Positions 1-12,670 are shown, counted from the first letter of the stretch. The stretch: DNA of 51,628 nt from Octopus sinensis (GCF_006345805.1 NW_021834527.1:1-51628), one strand, 5' to 3'. Program-made: numbers and translations. Notes: a model not told the origin generated them from the letters alone.

Positions 1-39
1 CGCACACATATAGATGCGCACAAACCTACATAAACTGGC

Positions 40-350
40 TCCTCTCTGCCTGTTGCGACGACGAGGGTTCCAGTTGATCTGATTAACCGAACAAACGAGC
101 TCTTGAAATTAACATACAAGTGGCTGAGTACTCCCAGACACGCGTTCCCATAACATACTTCCTTCGGTGTGACACAAAAATGTGACAAGGCTGGCCCCTT
201 TGATTACGGGTACAACCATTTTCGCAGCTGAGTGGACTGGAGCAATAAAGTGGAAATAAGTTGTCTTGCCCAAGGACACAACGCGTCAGTCGGTATCGAA
301 CTCATTACCTGCGATCGTGAGCGAGTATTCTAACGAGTAAGAGCAAGCGC
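40..350 (-). mobile_element. tRNA-derived SINE, old copy; its 3' half is shared with the SINE at 30821-31197
   Basis: Reverse complement has a degenerate A/B-box head (GAGTTCGATACC) and TGTGTCCTTGGGCAAGACA. Its 3' part (…GTACTCAGCCACTT…GATCAACTGGAACCCTCGTCGTCG) matches 31100-31180. Confidence 0.7.
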
Positions 351-662
351 TTTCACACACACACACATTAAACAAAAAATTTCGCAATTTGCTTCTAAAA
401 ACTGCTGTCCGTCCGTATGTTTTACAATCCAATTTTTAATTGAATGAAGAGTATAACAACTTATGAAAGTGATCGATTCTTATCTTGATGCTCCCCACAC
501 ACATACCGATAATCACCCCGAATCGATAGCATTCTTATCGATCTTTTTCTCAAATACTATTTCAAATAATAAAAAGTAATACTGAACAAATACCCACACA
601 CACACAACACACACACAATAAAGGGGGAGTTTCTTCTTTTGTTATATATGTAATTTCCTTTA

Positions 663-1052
663 TTAAGGCGGTGTAGCTGGCAGAATCGTTAGCACACCGG
701 GCGAAATGCTCAGTGGTATTTCGTCTGCCGCAACGTTCTGAGTTCAAATTCCGCCGTGGTCGACTCTGCCTTTCATCCTTTCGGAGTCGATTAAATAAGT
801 ACCAGTTAAGCACTGGGGTCGATATAATCAACTGAATCCGTTTGTCTGTCCTTGTTTGTCCTCTCTGTGTTTAGACCTTGTGGGTAGTAAAGAAATAGGT
901 ATTTCGTCTGCCGCAACGTTCTGAGTTCAAATTCCGCCGAGGTCGACTCTGCCTTTCATCCTTTCGCGATCAATAATTGAGCACAGGGATCGATTTAATC
1001 GACTAGCTTCCGCCCACAAAATTTCAGGCTTTGTGCATATAATAAAAAAGAT
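663..1052 (+). mobile_element. tRNA-derived SINE family B, dimeric form
   Basis: A-box-like AGCTGGCAGAATCG and B-box GAGTTCAAATTCC are followed by GTCGACTCTGCCTTTCATCCTTTCGGAGTCGAT (resembles the Meta/MESC SINE core). A second partial monomer starts at ~899. Ends in (ATT)n. Same layout as 47225-47563. Confidence 0.85.
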
Positions 1053-1061
1053 TATTATTAT

Positions 1062-1289
1062 TAAGGTGGCGAGCTGGCAGAATCATTTGCGCGCCGGGCA
1101 AAACGCTTTGTGGCATTCCACCCGTCTTCACATTCTGAGTTCAAATTCCGCCAAGCTCGACTTTGCCTTTCATTCTTTCGGAGTCGATAAATAAAGTACC
1201 GGTTGAGTACCGGCGTCGGTGTAATCGGTGAGTCGAAATTTGGGGTGAGGGACTCGTACCCTCACCCCACATGTCTATAGTGGAAAGGA
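1062..1289 (+). mobile_element. SINE family B monomer, in tandem with the previous copy
   Basis: Same head and core as 663-1052; ends GAAAGGATTATT. Confidence 0.8.
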
Positions 1290-1302
1290 TTATTATCATT
1301 AT

Positions 1303-1548
1303 TAAGGCGGAGAGACAATCGTTAACCCGCCGGATAAAATGCTTAGTGACATTTCGTCCATCCTTACGTTCTGAGTTCAAATTCCGCCAAGGTCGACTTT
1401 GCTTTTCATCCTCTCGGGATCGATTAAATAAGTATCAGTTACGCACTGGAATCAATGTAATTGATTTAACACCCCCCCCCCCAAAAAAAATTGTGCCTAG
1501 AGTAGAAAGAATTATTATTATTATTATTTTTATTATTATTATTATTAA

Positions 1549-1603
<55 letters not shown>
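1303..1603 (+). mobile_element. SINE family B monomer with (ATT)n tail (1511-1603)
   Basis: Same head and core; followed by a long ATT microsatellite. Confidence 0.8.
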
Positions 1604-2054
1604 TGCCAAGGATGATGAACGAAACACCCATGTTTCCAGAAGTGAATTATTCAAACCCCAAATAATTCGTCTCAGCAGAAGGTTATGATGCTCCCCCACT
1701 ACTGCTCGTGGTCAGAGATGCACATATCGTCAGCCACCAACGGACATGCTCAACTGGTTATGGTCAAGCAACTGACAAGCAAATCTATGGTATTGAGCAG
1801 AATATTGTCTGTAGCCACCTTATTATGATTAATATTTATATTCATAATTTAGTTGTAAACTCTAAGGAAACAGGTGTAACATGCCAAATTTCCTCTCTCT
1901 CTCTCTCTCTCTATCTATATATATATATATATATATATAATCAACCGATAAGGGGTGAGAAAAATTGGGTACTACTAATTTAATAGCACATCCATTTACC
2001 ACCAAGTGGCTTAGTGCATAAAAATACCGGATTACGACAACATTTTATACATAC

Positions 2055-2198
2055 ATATAAGAGATGACCACCATGTGGTCTACTCTAGCACTGTAGTAGT
2101 GCTAACTTTCAACGGAAACAATTTCTTTTTGTGGCTGAAACCTTGCGGATCTATTTTTAAGTGCTAGAGTAGACCACGTTGTGGTCACTCTCTTATAT
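2055..2198. repeat. Short inverted repeat (~38-bp arms), probably a non-autonomous PLE-derived palindrome in (TA)n
   Basis: ATATAAGAGATGACCACCATGTGGTCTACTCTAGCACT (2055-2092) pairs with AGTGCTAGAGTAGACCACGTTGTGGTCACTCTCTTATAT (2160-2198). Confidence 0.6.
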
Positions 2199-2201
2199 TT
2201 A

Positions 2202-2271
<70 letters not shown>

Positions 2272-2393
2272 TATACATATATACACTCAACCAAAATGAA
2301 GACGAGTGTCAACACTTCCATGTGGTACGCTTGAACAATTGTAAAGGTCTCTTCATATGAAAACAATGGCTGCCTTGTTAACCTCCAAATAAA

Positions 2394-2432
<39 letters not shown>

Positions 2433-2590
2433 TATATATTAAACGAATGTCCCAATGAACATTCCAGTATATTTCGCTTGTACTCGACTGACGAGAACAC
2501 TCCTCTGCGACAAGATGTTACGTAATCCCTTACATGCTTTGCATGAAAAGCATTCAAAGCGTCAACTTTTGGTTTTGTGATAATTTCTAA

Positions 2591-2622
<32 letters not shown>

Positions 2623-2637
2623 CATATATATGATATA

Positions 2638-2838
2638 GGGAGAGTTTGTACGAAAAAGACAAAACACGAAGACAGGTGGTGTACAAAACAACAGATGTAT
2701 TAGTATAACGCTCATGAATAGAAAAAGTCTTTTACGTTTCGTGCCTACGCTCTTCTACAGAAAGGGACAGAGAAAAAACAAGGAGAGAAACAAGGAGAGA
2801 AAAAATGTGTGTAGTGGCTAACGATCTATCATGGCGAC
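2638..2838 (-). mobile_element. ~190-bp non-autonomous element with a hammerhead-like motif (copy 1 of 3)
   Basis: Near-identical to 15080-15267 and 18459-18647; all lie in (TA)n. Minus strand 2729-2764 reads CTTT-CTGTAGA-A-GAGC-GTAG-GCAC-GAAAC-GTA-AAAG. Confidence 0.75.
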
Positions 2839-3534
2839 TGTATATATATATATATATATATATATTTTTATATTTATTATGTAATGTATGTATGTATGTA
2901 TGTATGTATGTATGTATGTATGTATGTATTGATGGATATGTATGTAATATATATGTGTGTGTGTGTGTGTGTAGCAGTATTAGCTGGAATTACACGTGAC
3001 GGATATAGGTTTATACCGACCCTAATCCTATATCTTCCGCTCACCATCGGCCTCTGATGTATTTATAGATAATTGAAGATGTTGCTCCTTTTCTATCTTG
3101 TTTGCATAAAATCTTGGAAAAAAGTTCAAGAAATTTAGATGTTTCTTTTTTTTTTTTTCAAAAAATCGTAAATCCAATTCAGGAAGAAGTAAATAAAGAA
3201 AAAATTTGGAAATTTTATTTGGTCTGTCAATCAATATTCAATAGAAATACAAAATATAAAAAAAAATGAAATGAAACAATAGTTTGAATTCTAATCGTTA
3301 ATGCCAATTATCTCGATCTTAACTGATTTATCGAATTTTGATTTGGTTACAAATCTCAGTATTGACCTTTTAACTTAATCTTGATTACAATATAAGCAAA
3401 ACATCTTTTTTTATCGACTGGAAATTTGAAACTGCAAAACATTACGGAAAAATGAAAATAATAAAGAACAAAATAAAACCATGATAAAAAATTCAAAATG
3501 AAAAAAAATTCAAAAAGGAAGAAACAAAAAAAAA

Positions 3535-4227
3535 ATAAAGCGATGCTAAACGATTCAGATAAGAGGCCATTTACTTTGGCCACCGAACAGATATCGCTGT
3601 ACATTGCCTCTGAAAACAGAACTGAAACCGGCCGGTGCGAGGACAGCCCCCAAGTATTGATTGATGTTCGACCCTGTGAAAAGCTTTTGATTTATCCGAA
3701 TTGATCAGGGCCCCACCCATGCCAGGTACCTTCCCTACCCTCCCTATGATGTAGCGCATGAGATGTATTTTGTCGTGAATAAATCTTTTAGGGACAGCGC
3801 ATGTCTGCGCGTCACCGACCAGCTTATCGACGACAAGCGCCAACCGCTTGGTTAAACACATTGGCCAAAATTTTATAATCTGCGTTCAGCAGAGTTATGG
3901 GCCTAAAATTATCTATTTGGTCCCCCTTGTTCGGGTCTTTTCTCAGCAGCAGCACTGAGTATTCTCCCGTCCTGCTGCCAGTTGTGGTCCACAACCGCCA
4001 AGAGATCACCGAACAAATCTGGCCTACGAAGATAAAGCTCGAAGAGCAGACCTTCCAGACACCCCAGACTTCTCTCTTGTGCCAACCGTCACCGCGTCCC
4101 GTATATCTTCGGCTGTTATCGGCATTTCGCAGAACTCTGCATCCCTGGCCAAAAGGTGCAGCATATAGTCGAGGTATGGAGGTGAAATCTATCTCCATCC
4201 CCGACACACCGCGAGCCCCGCACACGC
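3535..4227 (-). mobile_element. L1/Tx1-group LINE ORF2 fragment (RT N-terminal part), frameshifted
   Basis: Translations KDPNKGDQIDNFRPITLLNADYKILA, KRLALVVDKLVGDAQTCAVP and ALINSDKSKAFHRVEH are typical L1/Tx1 RT motifs. Confidence 0.85.
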
Positions 4228-5022
4228 ATGGTTTTATGGTAAGAAGCTTGCTTCCCAACCAAATGGTTCTGGGTCCTGTTCCATCGCGTAGCACCTTGAG
4301 CAAGTGTCTTCGGTGCCGGTACAGTATGTGATCTACATTCATGTTCCTGGTAGAGCTTGTGATCGACATTAGTTCAAATGGTATAGTTTGTGATCTTCAC
4401 CAACTTTTCGATCTACATTTCAAATTCATCTATTTATTCGACTTCCGGTTGGTTTGGTATATAAACCAAACAAAAACGACTCTTATGATTTAAGCAAGTT
4501 TGGTCATGATCCCATTGAAAGAAGTCGTATGAAAGCAAAAAAATTTTACACACAGGTTATTCGAGATGAAGAAGCTGCAAAAGAATATATCACACGCTGT
4601 GAACTCCTATGCAGCAAATGTGGAGGAGAAATGGCAGAAAAAAACGAAAAAAAAAAAAGAATAACAGGTGAAGCCCGTCCTATTTCTCGCTGTACAAAGA
4701 GTCTAGATTTAAGTTGCTGTAGATCACTATGGCCTCGGGCCAACCAAAGCCTTGTAAGTGGATCTGATGGACGAAAACTGAAATAACGCCATCATATATA
4801 CATATATGTATATATTTATGTGTGTGTCTGTGTTTGTCTCCCCACCAACACTTGACAACAAATGCTGGTGTTGTTATATCCTCGTAACTTAGTGGTTCGG
4901 CAAAAAAAAACGATAGAATAATTATTAGACTTACAAAGAATAAGTCCTGGGGTCGATTTCTTCGACTACACTTGAAGGCGGTGCTCCAGCATGGCTGCAA
5001 ATTACTGGAAAAGTAAAAGAAT
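4228..5022 (+). mobile_element. SINE family A inserted in the Tx1 LINE and itself split by a Merlin-like insertion
   Basis: Head 4228-4311 ends …CAAGTGTCTTC. The body resumes at ~4726 (ACTATGGCCTCGGGCC) and runs to the GGCGGTGCTCCAGCATGG tail. Confidence 0.85.
4312..4727 (+). mobile_element. Internally deleted Merlin/IS1595(ISXO2)-like DNA transposon
   Basis: Starts GGTGCCGGTACAGTATGTGATCTACA and ends TGTAGATCAC, a partial inverted copy. Encodes FYTQVIRDEEAAKEYI..LLCSKCGGEMAEK…RPISRCTK, resembling the N-terminal Zn-ribbon of ISXO2-type transposases. Confidence 0.55.
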
Positions 5023-5026
5023 ATAA

Positions 5027-5457
5027 GAATCTGCTTGGATTCGTGTAGCGTGCTCCCGTCCTGGTCCATAAAGGACCAAGTTATGGCTTTGTTGCCACGT
5101 TGAGCTTCTGCCACTCGGGCCTATCGAATGGCTTTCCTCCCTTCATGTCTTAGCGCACGCGCCCTAACTCTGCCTGCGCAGCCTTCGTGTTTGGCATTGA
5201 AGAATTGATCAAGAGTCAATCTCGCCGCCAGCCCTTCAGTCGCAATGCCTCTCCTAAGCGTCTCATCTACCTTCCTAACTAAGCCTCCCTCTAAAGTTAT
5301 TTCTTTACTAAATCCTACTGCCCCTACTCTAATAGCTCTTTTCTGGGATATCCACCAATAGTTGTTAACGATTCCACCTGACGACTTCCGATAGACTAAC
5401 TTGTTAGCCCAATTCCTGAATGCTTGATGCGCCTGGAAAGACGCATTCAGCTTCCAG
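5027..5457 (-). mobile_element. Upstream continuation of the L1/Tx1 LINE ORF2 (EN-RT linker)
   Basis: GC-rich, coding-like; EAQRGNKAITWSFMDQDGSTLHESKQI. Collinear and on the same strand as 3535-4227. Confidence 0.65.
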
Positions 5458-5731
5458 TATATATATGTGTGTGTGTGTGTCTATGTATGTATGCATGTAT
5501 GTATAGATAGATAGTCGGATACAAAGATACATATATGCCTAATACGCACATGTCACTAAACGTTGATGTACTGTAATAACGCCAGACACTGCTGTGTTTG
5601 TCTTTAGAACATTTCTCGTTGGCTACTGTTAGTTCTCGTTTCCTTTTTAGGCAATTTATTTATGAACCATTCCTGATAACAATTACTACCGTGAATTGTG
5701 TGGGTAAAGGAACAGCTGCTCTTCGTTCAAC

Positions 5732-5780
5732 ATCAGCTGATGAGGGGAGTTGTCGTCGAAACATCTAGAGGTGTTACATA
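5732..5780 (+). ncRNA. Degenerate hammerhead-like remnant
   Basis: CTGATGA…GAAAC-ATC-TAGA-GGT-GTT; stems I and II pair poorly. Confidence 0.3.
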
Positions 5781-5976
5781 AGGTGCTTCGTTGTAAATAT
5801 ACTATGTACAGTTTCTTTTAAAAGTCCAGCTAACCCGATTCCTTAAATTCGTTGTCAGTAATCGAAGCAACTGCCGCTTGTACCACGATGCACTCCAAAC
5901 GATTTGATACTCTCCACCAGAAGATTTTGAGAACATTTTATGTTATTTGGTGTATAGAAGAATTTATGAATAAGGC

Positions 5977-6023
<47 letters not shown>

Positions 6024-6040
6024 CTATATATATATAATAT

Positions 6041-6379
6041 ACTAGTATACTAATTCTAAGTACTAATTACGTTGTCTTCGTTTGCAAACACGTTTACACA
6101 CGCGCAAACACACACACACATACACAGGCGCGCGCAGCCAAACACACAAGCACACACATGCTGTAGTACATAAAAACACTCAACTAGTTTCACTGGCACC
6201 GAACACGTGTCGAGACATACACAATGAGTTCAATCATCAACAAAGTAACGGAAGCTTTGATCTTCAAAGATATCACAGGTATGTGCACGTATACAGGTGT
6301 ACACACACACACACACACATATGTACATCCACATATGTATATGAATGTATACAAACATATATATATATATATGTATATG

Positions 6380-6419
<40 letters not shown>

Positions 6420-6548
6420 TACATCATGCATGCGTACGGACATACATACATGAAATGGTAAACTTTATACATGCAGAAGAAATTAAGAAAATAGAACACA
6501 CTTGGTGCGTGTGTACATGTGTATGCACGTGTGTGTGTGTATGTGTGT

Positions 6549-6588
<40 letters not shown>

Positions 6589-7066
6589 ATTTGTTTGTTT
6601 TAAGAAGTGTATTTCTATCTGTCCTGTTTAATTAATCTCAAAGTGAAGAAAACTATTTTATCTCAAGAAAATTTCTTTTGAACTTCTTTCTTTCAAATCA
6701 TCAAATCTCAGATGTCGGCAAATGTTTGCTTTAACACACACACAAATTTGAATATGAATATGTATATGTGTGTGTTATATACATACATGTATGTATATAA
6801 TGTATAACATATTAATAAAGGTATTTCCTCTTGTTTGTAGATTGACATTCGCGCGTGCATGATTGAATGTGTGCGTATGTACGCGCATATGTGTATGCGT
6901 GTCTTCAAATTTGTTGTGTGTTAAAGCAAACATTTGCCGACATCTGAGATTTGATGATTTGAAAGAAAGAAGTTCAAAAGAAATTTTCTTGAGATAAAAT
7001 AGTTTTCTTCACTTTGAGATTAATTAAACAGGACAGATAGAAATACACTTCTTAAAACAAACAAAT

Positions 7067-7102
<36 letters not shown>

Positions 7103-7227
7103 ACACACATACACACACACACGTGCATACACATGTACACACGCACCAAGTGTGTTCTATTTTCTTAATTTCTTCTGCATGTATAAAGTTTACCATTTCA
7201 TGTATGTATGTCCGTACGCATGCATGA

Positions 7228-7303
<76 letters not shown>

Positions 7304-7642
7304 CATATACATATATATATATATGTTTGTATACATTCATATACATATGTGGATGTACATATGTGTGTGTGTGTGTGTGTGTACACCTGTATACGTGCAC
7401 ATACCTGTGATATCTTTGAAGATCAAAGCTTCCGTTACTTTGTTGATGATTGAACTCATTGTGTATGTCTCGACACGTGTTCGGTGCCAGTGAAACTAGT
7501 TGAGTGTTTTTATGTACTACAGCGTGTGTGTGCTTGTGTGTCTGGCTGCGCGCGCCTGTGTATGTGTGTGTGTGTTTGCGCGTGTGTAAACGTGTTTGCA
7601 AACGAAGACAACGTAATTAGTACTTAGAATTAGTATACTAGT
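6041..7642. repeat. Long inverted repeat: arms ~6041-6752 and ~6904-7642, ~150-bp spacer
   Basis: Arms begin ACTAGTATACTAATTCTAAGTACTAATTACG and end CGTAATTAGTACTTAGAATTAGTATACTAGT. They differ by a few substitutions and microsatellite lengths. The same pseudo-ORF (MQTRLHTRK…) appears on both strands. Confidence 0.95.
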
Positions 7643-7730
7643 TTAGGTGACAGCGCTTTCGATTTGTTAGTCTGTGATTCACATTGTCGCCTACTCAAAC
7701 GATTGAAGTAGAAAAGCAACGCAACGATAT
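7630..7730 (-). CDS. Candidate host-gene exon; terminal with stop at 7630-7632, or internal ending at 7639
   Basis: Acceptor TTATTTCTTAG|. Phase-1 reading (H)IVALLFYFNRLSRRQCESQTNKSKALSPKLVY* is compatible with the 10342-10367 exon. Confidence 0.35.
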
Positions 7731-8573
7731 CTAAGAAATAATATTCGCAAACAGAAATATAAGAGGCATTGAAAATCGCTTTGACACGCCATTCCATTAT
7801 GGTCGGTCAGATCCTTTCTTTTATTTCCTCAATTTTCTGAATATTGCTTTACCATATCATTTATTTGGTTTTTAATACTCCTATTTGGATGAATCTGATA
7901 AGACTGTTCACTTTCATTTGCGGCCACAGAGGCCGCTACATATTTTATTTAACCTGACCATAGTGACATTTGCTCCTTTTTGAATTAAATCTGTGATAGT
8001 CACCTTTTTTTATCTTCTTTTTGTCGTTGTTACCTTATAATTAAATCCAATTTGAGAGGAAGATTCATTTCGTGACCCGTAGTTAGTTCTATTTCTTTTA
8101 ATTGTTAGACTATGCTCAGTTTTCGAGTATTATGATCATGGTTTCTTTTTTGTTTTCGATTTCAGGGTTTCCAGTTTTTCGGTTGGCTCCACGTGCCTTA
8201 CCACTTATATTTTTGCTTGTGTTGTCCTGGTTTGCTGTATTTTGGTCATTATTGTCCTGTCCAAGGGTTTGAGTTTATTTATCTTTGTCTTTGTTTGCTG
8301 TGTGTTAATGCGTGTTGTGTGTGTGTGTATATGTATAAATTGTCTGTGTCCAGGCATTATGTGTTTGTGTGAGTGTGTGCGGATGAGGATGTGTGGTGAA
8401 TGTACTGAGGTGAACAGTGAGTGTGGTTGCTCATATAGTGAAGATTGTGTGTGTGTGTGTGTGCGTGTGTGTATGTGTGTGCGTGTGTGTGTGTGTGTGT
8501 GCGAGTGTGTGGATGATGGTGTGTGGTATAATATAATAGAATATAATTCAATGTACCCTGTATTAATATACAG

Positions 8574-8810
8574 CAGTTGTTCCCAAAGTGGGCGGTATTG
8601 CCCCTCTGGGAGTGGAAAATGCCGAGGGGGTGTTGAAGAAAAATGGAGTGATAACAGAGTAGCGATTCATGTAAAAACAGCAAAATAATGGATTCATTGG
8701 TTGCTTTGAATTTGCTTCAGAAAGAGGTTTATGTTTGTGATGGTTAGTTGGGGTGCGGTGTAGCCTGGGTATCAAGGGGGCGGCAGCTCGTAAAAGTTTG
8801 GGAACCACTG
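8574..8810. mobile_element. hAT (Charlie-like) MITE
   Basis: TIRs CAGTTGTTCCCAAA / TTTGGGAACCACTG; perfect 8-bp TSD ATATACAG at 8566-8573 and 8811-8818. Confidence 0.9.
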
Positions 8811-9061
8811 ATATACAGTGTCCATTAAATGATGTTTATCTCTCACTGGATGGAGTAGCTTTTGTCGATCTTACTTTAACGGAGCGGGCAGTTCATTCAG
8901 CGAAGGTATTTCCAAGTTTCAATGAAAAGCAGGAAACGTAATAAATGTACGCAGCGTCATTTAAACCACCGCTCCTTAGTGAACCTTTAATACGCACGAG
9001 ACGGCTAATGCGCACAAACACACACACACACACACAAACACACGCACACACACGCACACAC

Positions 9062-9098
<37 letters not shown>

Positions 9099-9815
9099 CA
9101 CACACACACACACGCACACACACACGCACAGAGTATTATCCCCGTTGTTGTTCCTGCGTTCTGTCCGTTTTTGCCATAGTTTATTCCGAAGGAGGTAATA
9201 AATTGCATGCTGAAAGATAAATCGTAAGAATTGCGGGAAGAAGGGAGAAAAGGAAGGATAGAGAGGGAAAGAGAGGAAGGGAGGCAGAAGGCATTTGTTA
9301 TTCTGCGTTTGTGTGTTCAAATCGCAGACAGTCACAACGCTTAACATAATGAAACGATGTCATGAAGATTTATAAATTCAAGCATTTAAAGCTACATCGA
9401 TGGATAATCAAATTAAATCCCCGAGTGAGCAAATAGCCGTGGATGTTACGCTTTTGTCTCTTACGTGTTCCAGATAAAAGGCTGCGGCCATGCTGGGGCA
9501 TCACTTTTATTCTTTTCGTTTGTTGCTCGGTTTTAATGCTTATCGCAAAAAAGGAAGAGATAGTTTATCAAATAGAGAGACAGATGGGTAAGTGGGTGAG
9601 TCTACGAGTATATCAATAGATATGCAGATAGAGAGAGATATTGATATCGAAGAGACAAATAACTGAACTGAAATTAAATGAGGAGAAAAAAAAAGAGTCT
9701 CAATTGGTAAATAAGACTGGGACTTAGTGGTTGTTGGACAGCGATTCGTGTACTTTAATATCAATAGATGAACAGAGAAAGTAAGAGAGAGGGAAGTTGA
9801 TGGTAGATGGATGGG

Positions 9816-10020
<205 letters not shown>

Positions 10021-10137
10021 TTTATCATTTTAATTCAAATATCAAAAGACACAATACCTTGTGTGGTGTGTGTGTGTGTGTGTGTGCGTGTGTGTGTGCA
10101 TGCACGTGTGAGTGTGCGTGTGTGTGAGTGTTTATAA

Positions 10138-10299
10138 CAGTGGTTCCCAAACTTTTCACTACCAAGGACCCCTTTTATTTAAATGAGTTTTCCCACGGAC
10201 CCCAAGGTATTGAAAGGTCTGTCAGCTTAACATGTTTACGCCCCCCCCCCCCGCAGTACTGCGTTTGCGGACTACCAGGGCTCCGCTGACCAAACACAG
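10138..10299. mobile_element. hAT MITE with a degenerate right end
   Basis: Left TIR CAGTGGTTCCCAAAC; 8-bp TSD GTTTATAA at 10130-10137 and 10300-10307. Confidence 0.75.
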
Positions 10300-10341
10300 G
10301 TTTATAACTATATCTACTGAACTACTGAATTCCACACCTAC

Positions 10342-10367
10342 GTAATTGGACATGCTTGAAGTCGCAC
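10342..10367 (-). CDS. Candidate host-gene micro-exon (26 nt)
   Basis: Acceptor TCTCTCACTGTAG|, donor |GTAGGT; reads (W)CDFKHVQL; phase 2 to 1. Confidence 0.45.
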
Positions 10368-10563
10368 CTACAGTGAGAGATACTTGTCAATAGTGGCACA
10401 AAGAGGAATTTATGCCACAATAAAACTTTACTGAAAATAGCAGGCAAATGTCCTTCACATTATATCCCAGCAACTTGAAAAGATGGAATGACACAAGTAT
10501 AAACAAAATGGCATTAGATACAAGATGCTCTAACCAACATCCTTCTTTCATTTCCTTAGTTAC

Positions 10564-10609
10564 CAATTCAACATCACCGAAGTGGTGGACACCTTTTGAC
10601 GAGTCCAGT
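10564..10609 (-). CDS. Candidate host-gene exon (46 nt)
   Basis: Acceptor TGTTTAAACAG|, donor G|GTAACT; reads (D)WTRQKVSTTSVMLN(W); phase 1 to 2. Confidence 0.55.
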
Positions 10610-11428
10610 CTGTTTAAACATTACAGAAAGCTATAGGTATAGAATATATAAATAAATTCAGATATAAGTAATTCAGCCGCAGACGATGAGATAAACATCA
10701 AGGCGGCCGAACAACAACAAACATTATTCCATAAAACCAGGCGTTCGTCATTGCTAGAAAACATTTGATCCTATTTTTGCTGGCGACAAATCTGGCCTGG
10801 GGCTAAACAGCAATGAAATCAGAGAACTACTATTTTCACATTTAGTTCTATATTGGTGCAGCATAATTAGATATGCTAGGCGCCGTTATCTGCATCCATT
10901 GGCATCCATTGCATTTTGCTATTTATATTTATCGCTGCTGGAATCTGATTAACTAAAATATGGTTCACATAAAAATGAAGAAATAGCCATATGATAAACA
11001 ACAACAAATCGACTGTGCCAAGTGGCAGCAACCTAAATGGAAATTCATTCTGCTTACATTTAAAATAAAATGTCACATTTCAAACTGAAATGGTTTCTGT
11101 ACTTTTCAATTAATTTAAGAGATTTCCATTTATTTTACTCATTCGATTAGAAAATAGATTTTTATTTTTTCCAGCTTGTATTTTCTTCAATTTATTATAA
11201 ATGGCACACGTACATGCAAATATGCATAAAAATAAATGTGTGTGTTTATATGTATATATATATATATGTATGTATGTAGGTATGTATGTAGGTATGTATG
11301 TAGGTATGTATGTATGTGCATATATATATATATGTATGTATATATATGTATATATATGTGTATATATAGATATGTGTATAATGTATATATAGATATGCAT
11401 GTATATATGTATATATATACATATATAT

Positions 11429-11460
<32 letters not shown>

Positions 11461-11597
11461 ATATACATATACATATATACATAACTATATATATATATAT
11501 ATATACATCTTATATATATACATATATATTATATATATCTATATATATATACATATATATAATATATATATCATATATATACATATATAATATATCT

Positions 11598-11808
11598 AGT
11601 TAATCCAAACCATGACCACACAAAAGAAAACACAAAAACGCGAGGACATGTAACAAATATAGTATTATTGCACGCGCAGGAGAAAGGGAAGAAGGAGGGT
11701 TTAACGTTTCGAGCGGGCTCTTCGTCAGAAACATAGGAAAAGGAAAGATCCAGAGAAGGGAAGACGGAGGGAAAAATCGCCAACGGTACACATGCGGTCA
11801 CATTTTGA
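11598..11808 (-). mobile_element. Non-autonomous PLE-like element containing a minimal hammerhead
   Basis: ~210-bp island embedded in (TA)n; HHR at 11699-11732. Confidence 0.65.
11699..11732 (-). ncRNA. Minimal type I hammerhead ribozyme, canonical core
   Basis: GTTT-CTGACGA-A-GAGC-CC-GCTC-GAAAC-GTT-AAAC: stem I GUUU/AAAC, palindromic stem III ACGU, GUU cleavage triplet. Confidence 0.75.
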
Positions 11809-11821
11809 ATATATATATATA

Positions 11822-12025
11822 TCATCATCATCATCATCATGTGACCGACCAGTCCATCAGATGTAGTTACACATCGCTGGTCACAATGCGTTCGCATTGT
11901 TTTAGCCTTCGAATGACGACCCTCGCTGGCTAGCGAGCAGGCCAATAGAAGAAAGAGTGGGAGAAAGAGTGGTGAAAGAGTACGACCGCGAGTCCGCTGC
12001 CCTAACCACTAGGCCATTGCGCCTC
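11822..12025 (-). mobile_element. tRNA-derived SINE (family C head, alternative tail ending in (GAT)n)
   Basis: Head TGGAGGCGCAATGGCCTAGTGGTTAGGGCAGCGGACTCGCGGTC matches 30821; tail matches 26115-26190. Confidence 0.8.
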
Positions 12026-12153
<128 letters not shown>

Positions 12154-12184
12154 TATATATATATATTTTATGTATGTAGTATTA

Positions 12185-12580
12185 GGTACATGAGTGGTTG
12201 TGTGGTAAGTAGCTTGCTTACCAACCACATGGTTCCGGGTTCAGTCCCACTGCGTGGAACCTTGGACAAGTGTCTTCTACTCTACCATCGGGCCGCCCAG
12301 AGCCTTGTGAGTAGATATGGCAGACGGAAACTTAAAGAAGCCCGTCGTATATATGTATATGTGTGCGTGTAAGTGTGTTTGTGTGTCTGTGCTTGTCCCC
12401 CCAACATCGCTTGACAACCGATGCTGGTGTGTCTACGTTCCCGTAAATTAGCTGTTCGGTAAAAAGAGACCGATAGAATAAGTATTGGGCTTACAAAGAA
12501 TAAGTCCTGGGGTCGACTTGCTCGACAAAAGGCGGTGCTCCAGCATGGCCGCAGTCAAATGACCGAAACAAATAAAAGAG
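12185..12580 (+). mobile_element. SINE family A, full length
   Basis: tRNA-like head (TGGTTGTGTGG…GGTTCAGTCCC), CCTTGGACAAGT box, internal (TA/TG)n, and tail GGCGGTGCTCCAGCATGGCCGCAGTCAAATGACCGAAAC. Confidence 0.9.
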
Positions 12581-12632
12581 TATATATGTAGTATATATGT
12601 ATATATATGTATATATATATGTATGTATACAC

Positions 12633-12670
<38 letters not shown>

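Noticed and set aside
6951-7505. Hammerhead-like strings in the long inverted repeat (TTGATGA…GAAA at ~6951 and ~7443)
   Set aside because: Stem I and/or stem II do not pair convincingly.
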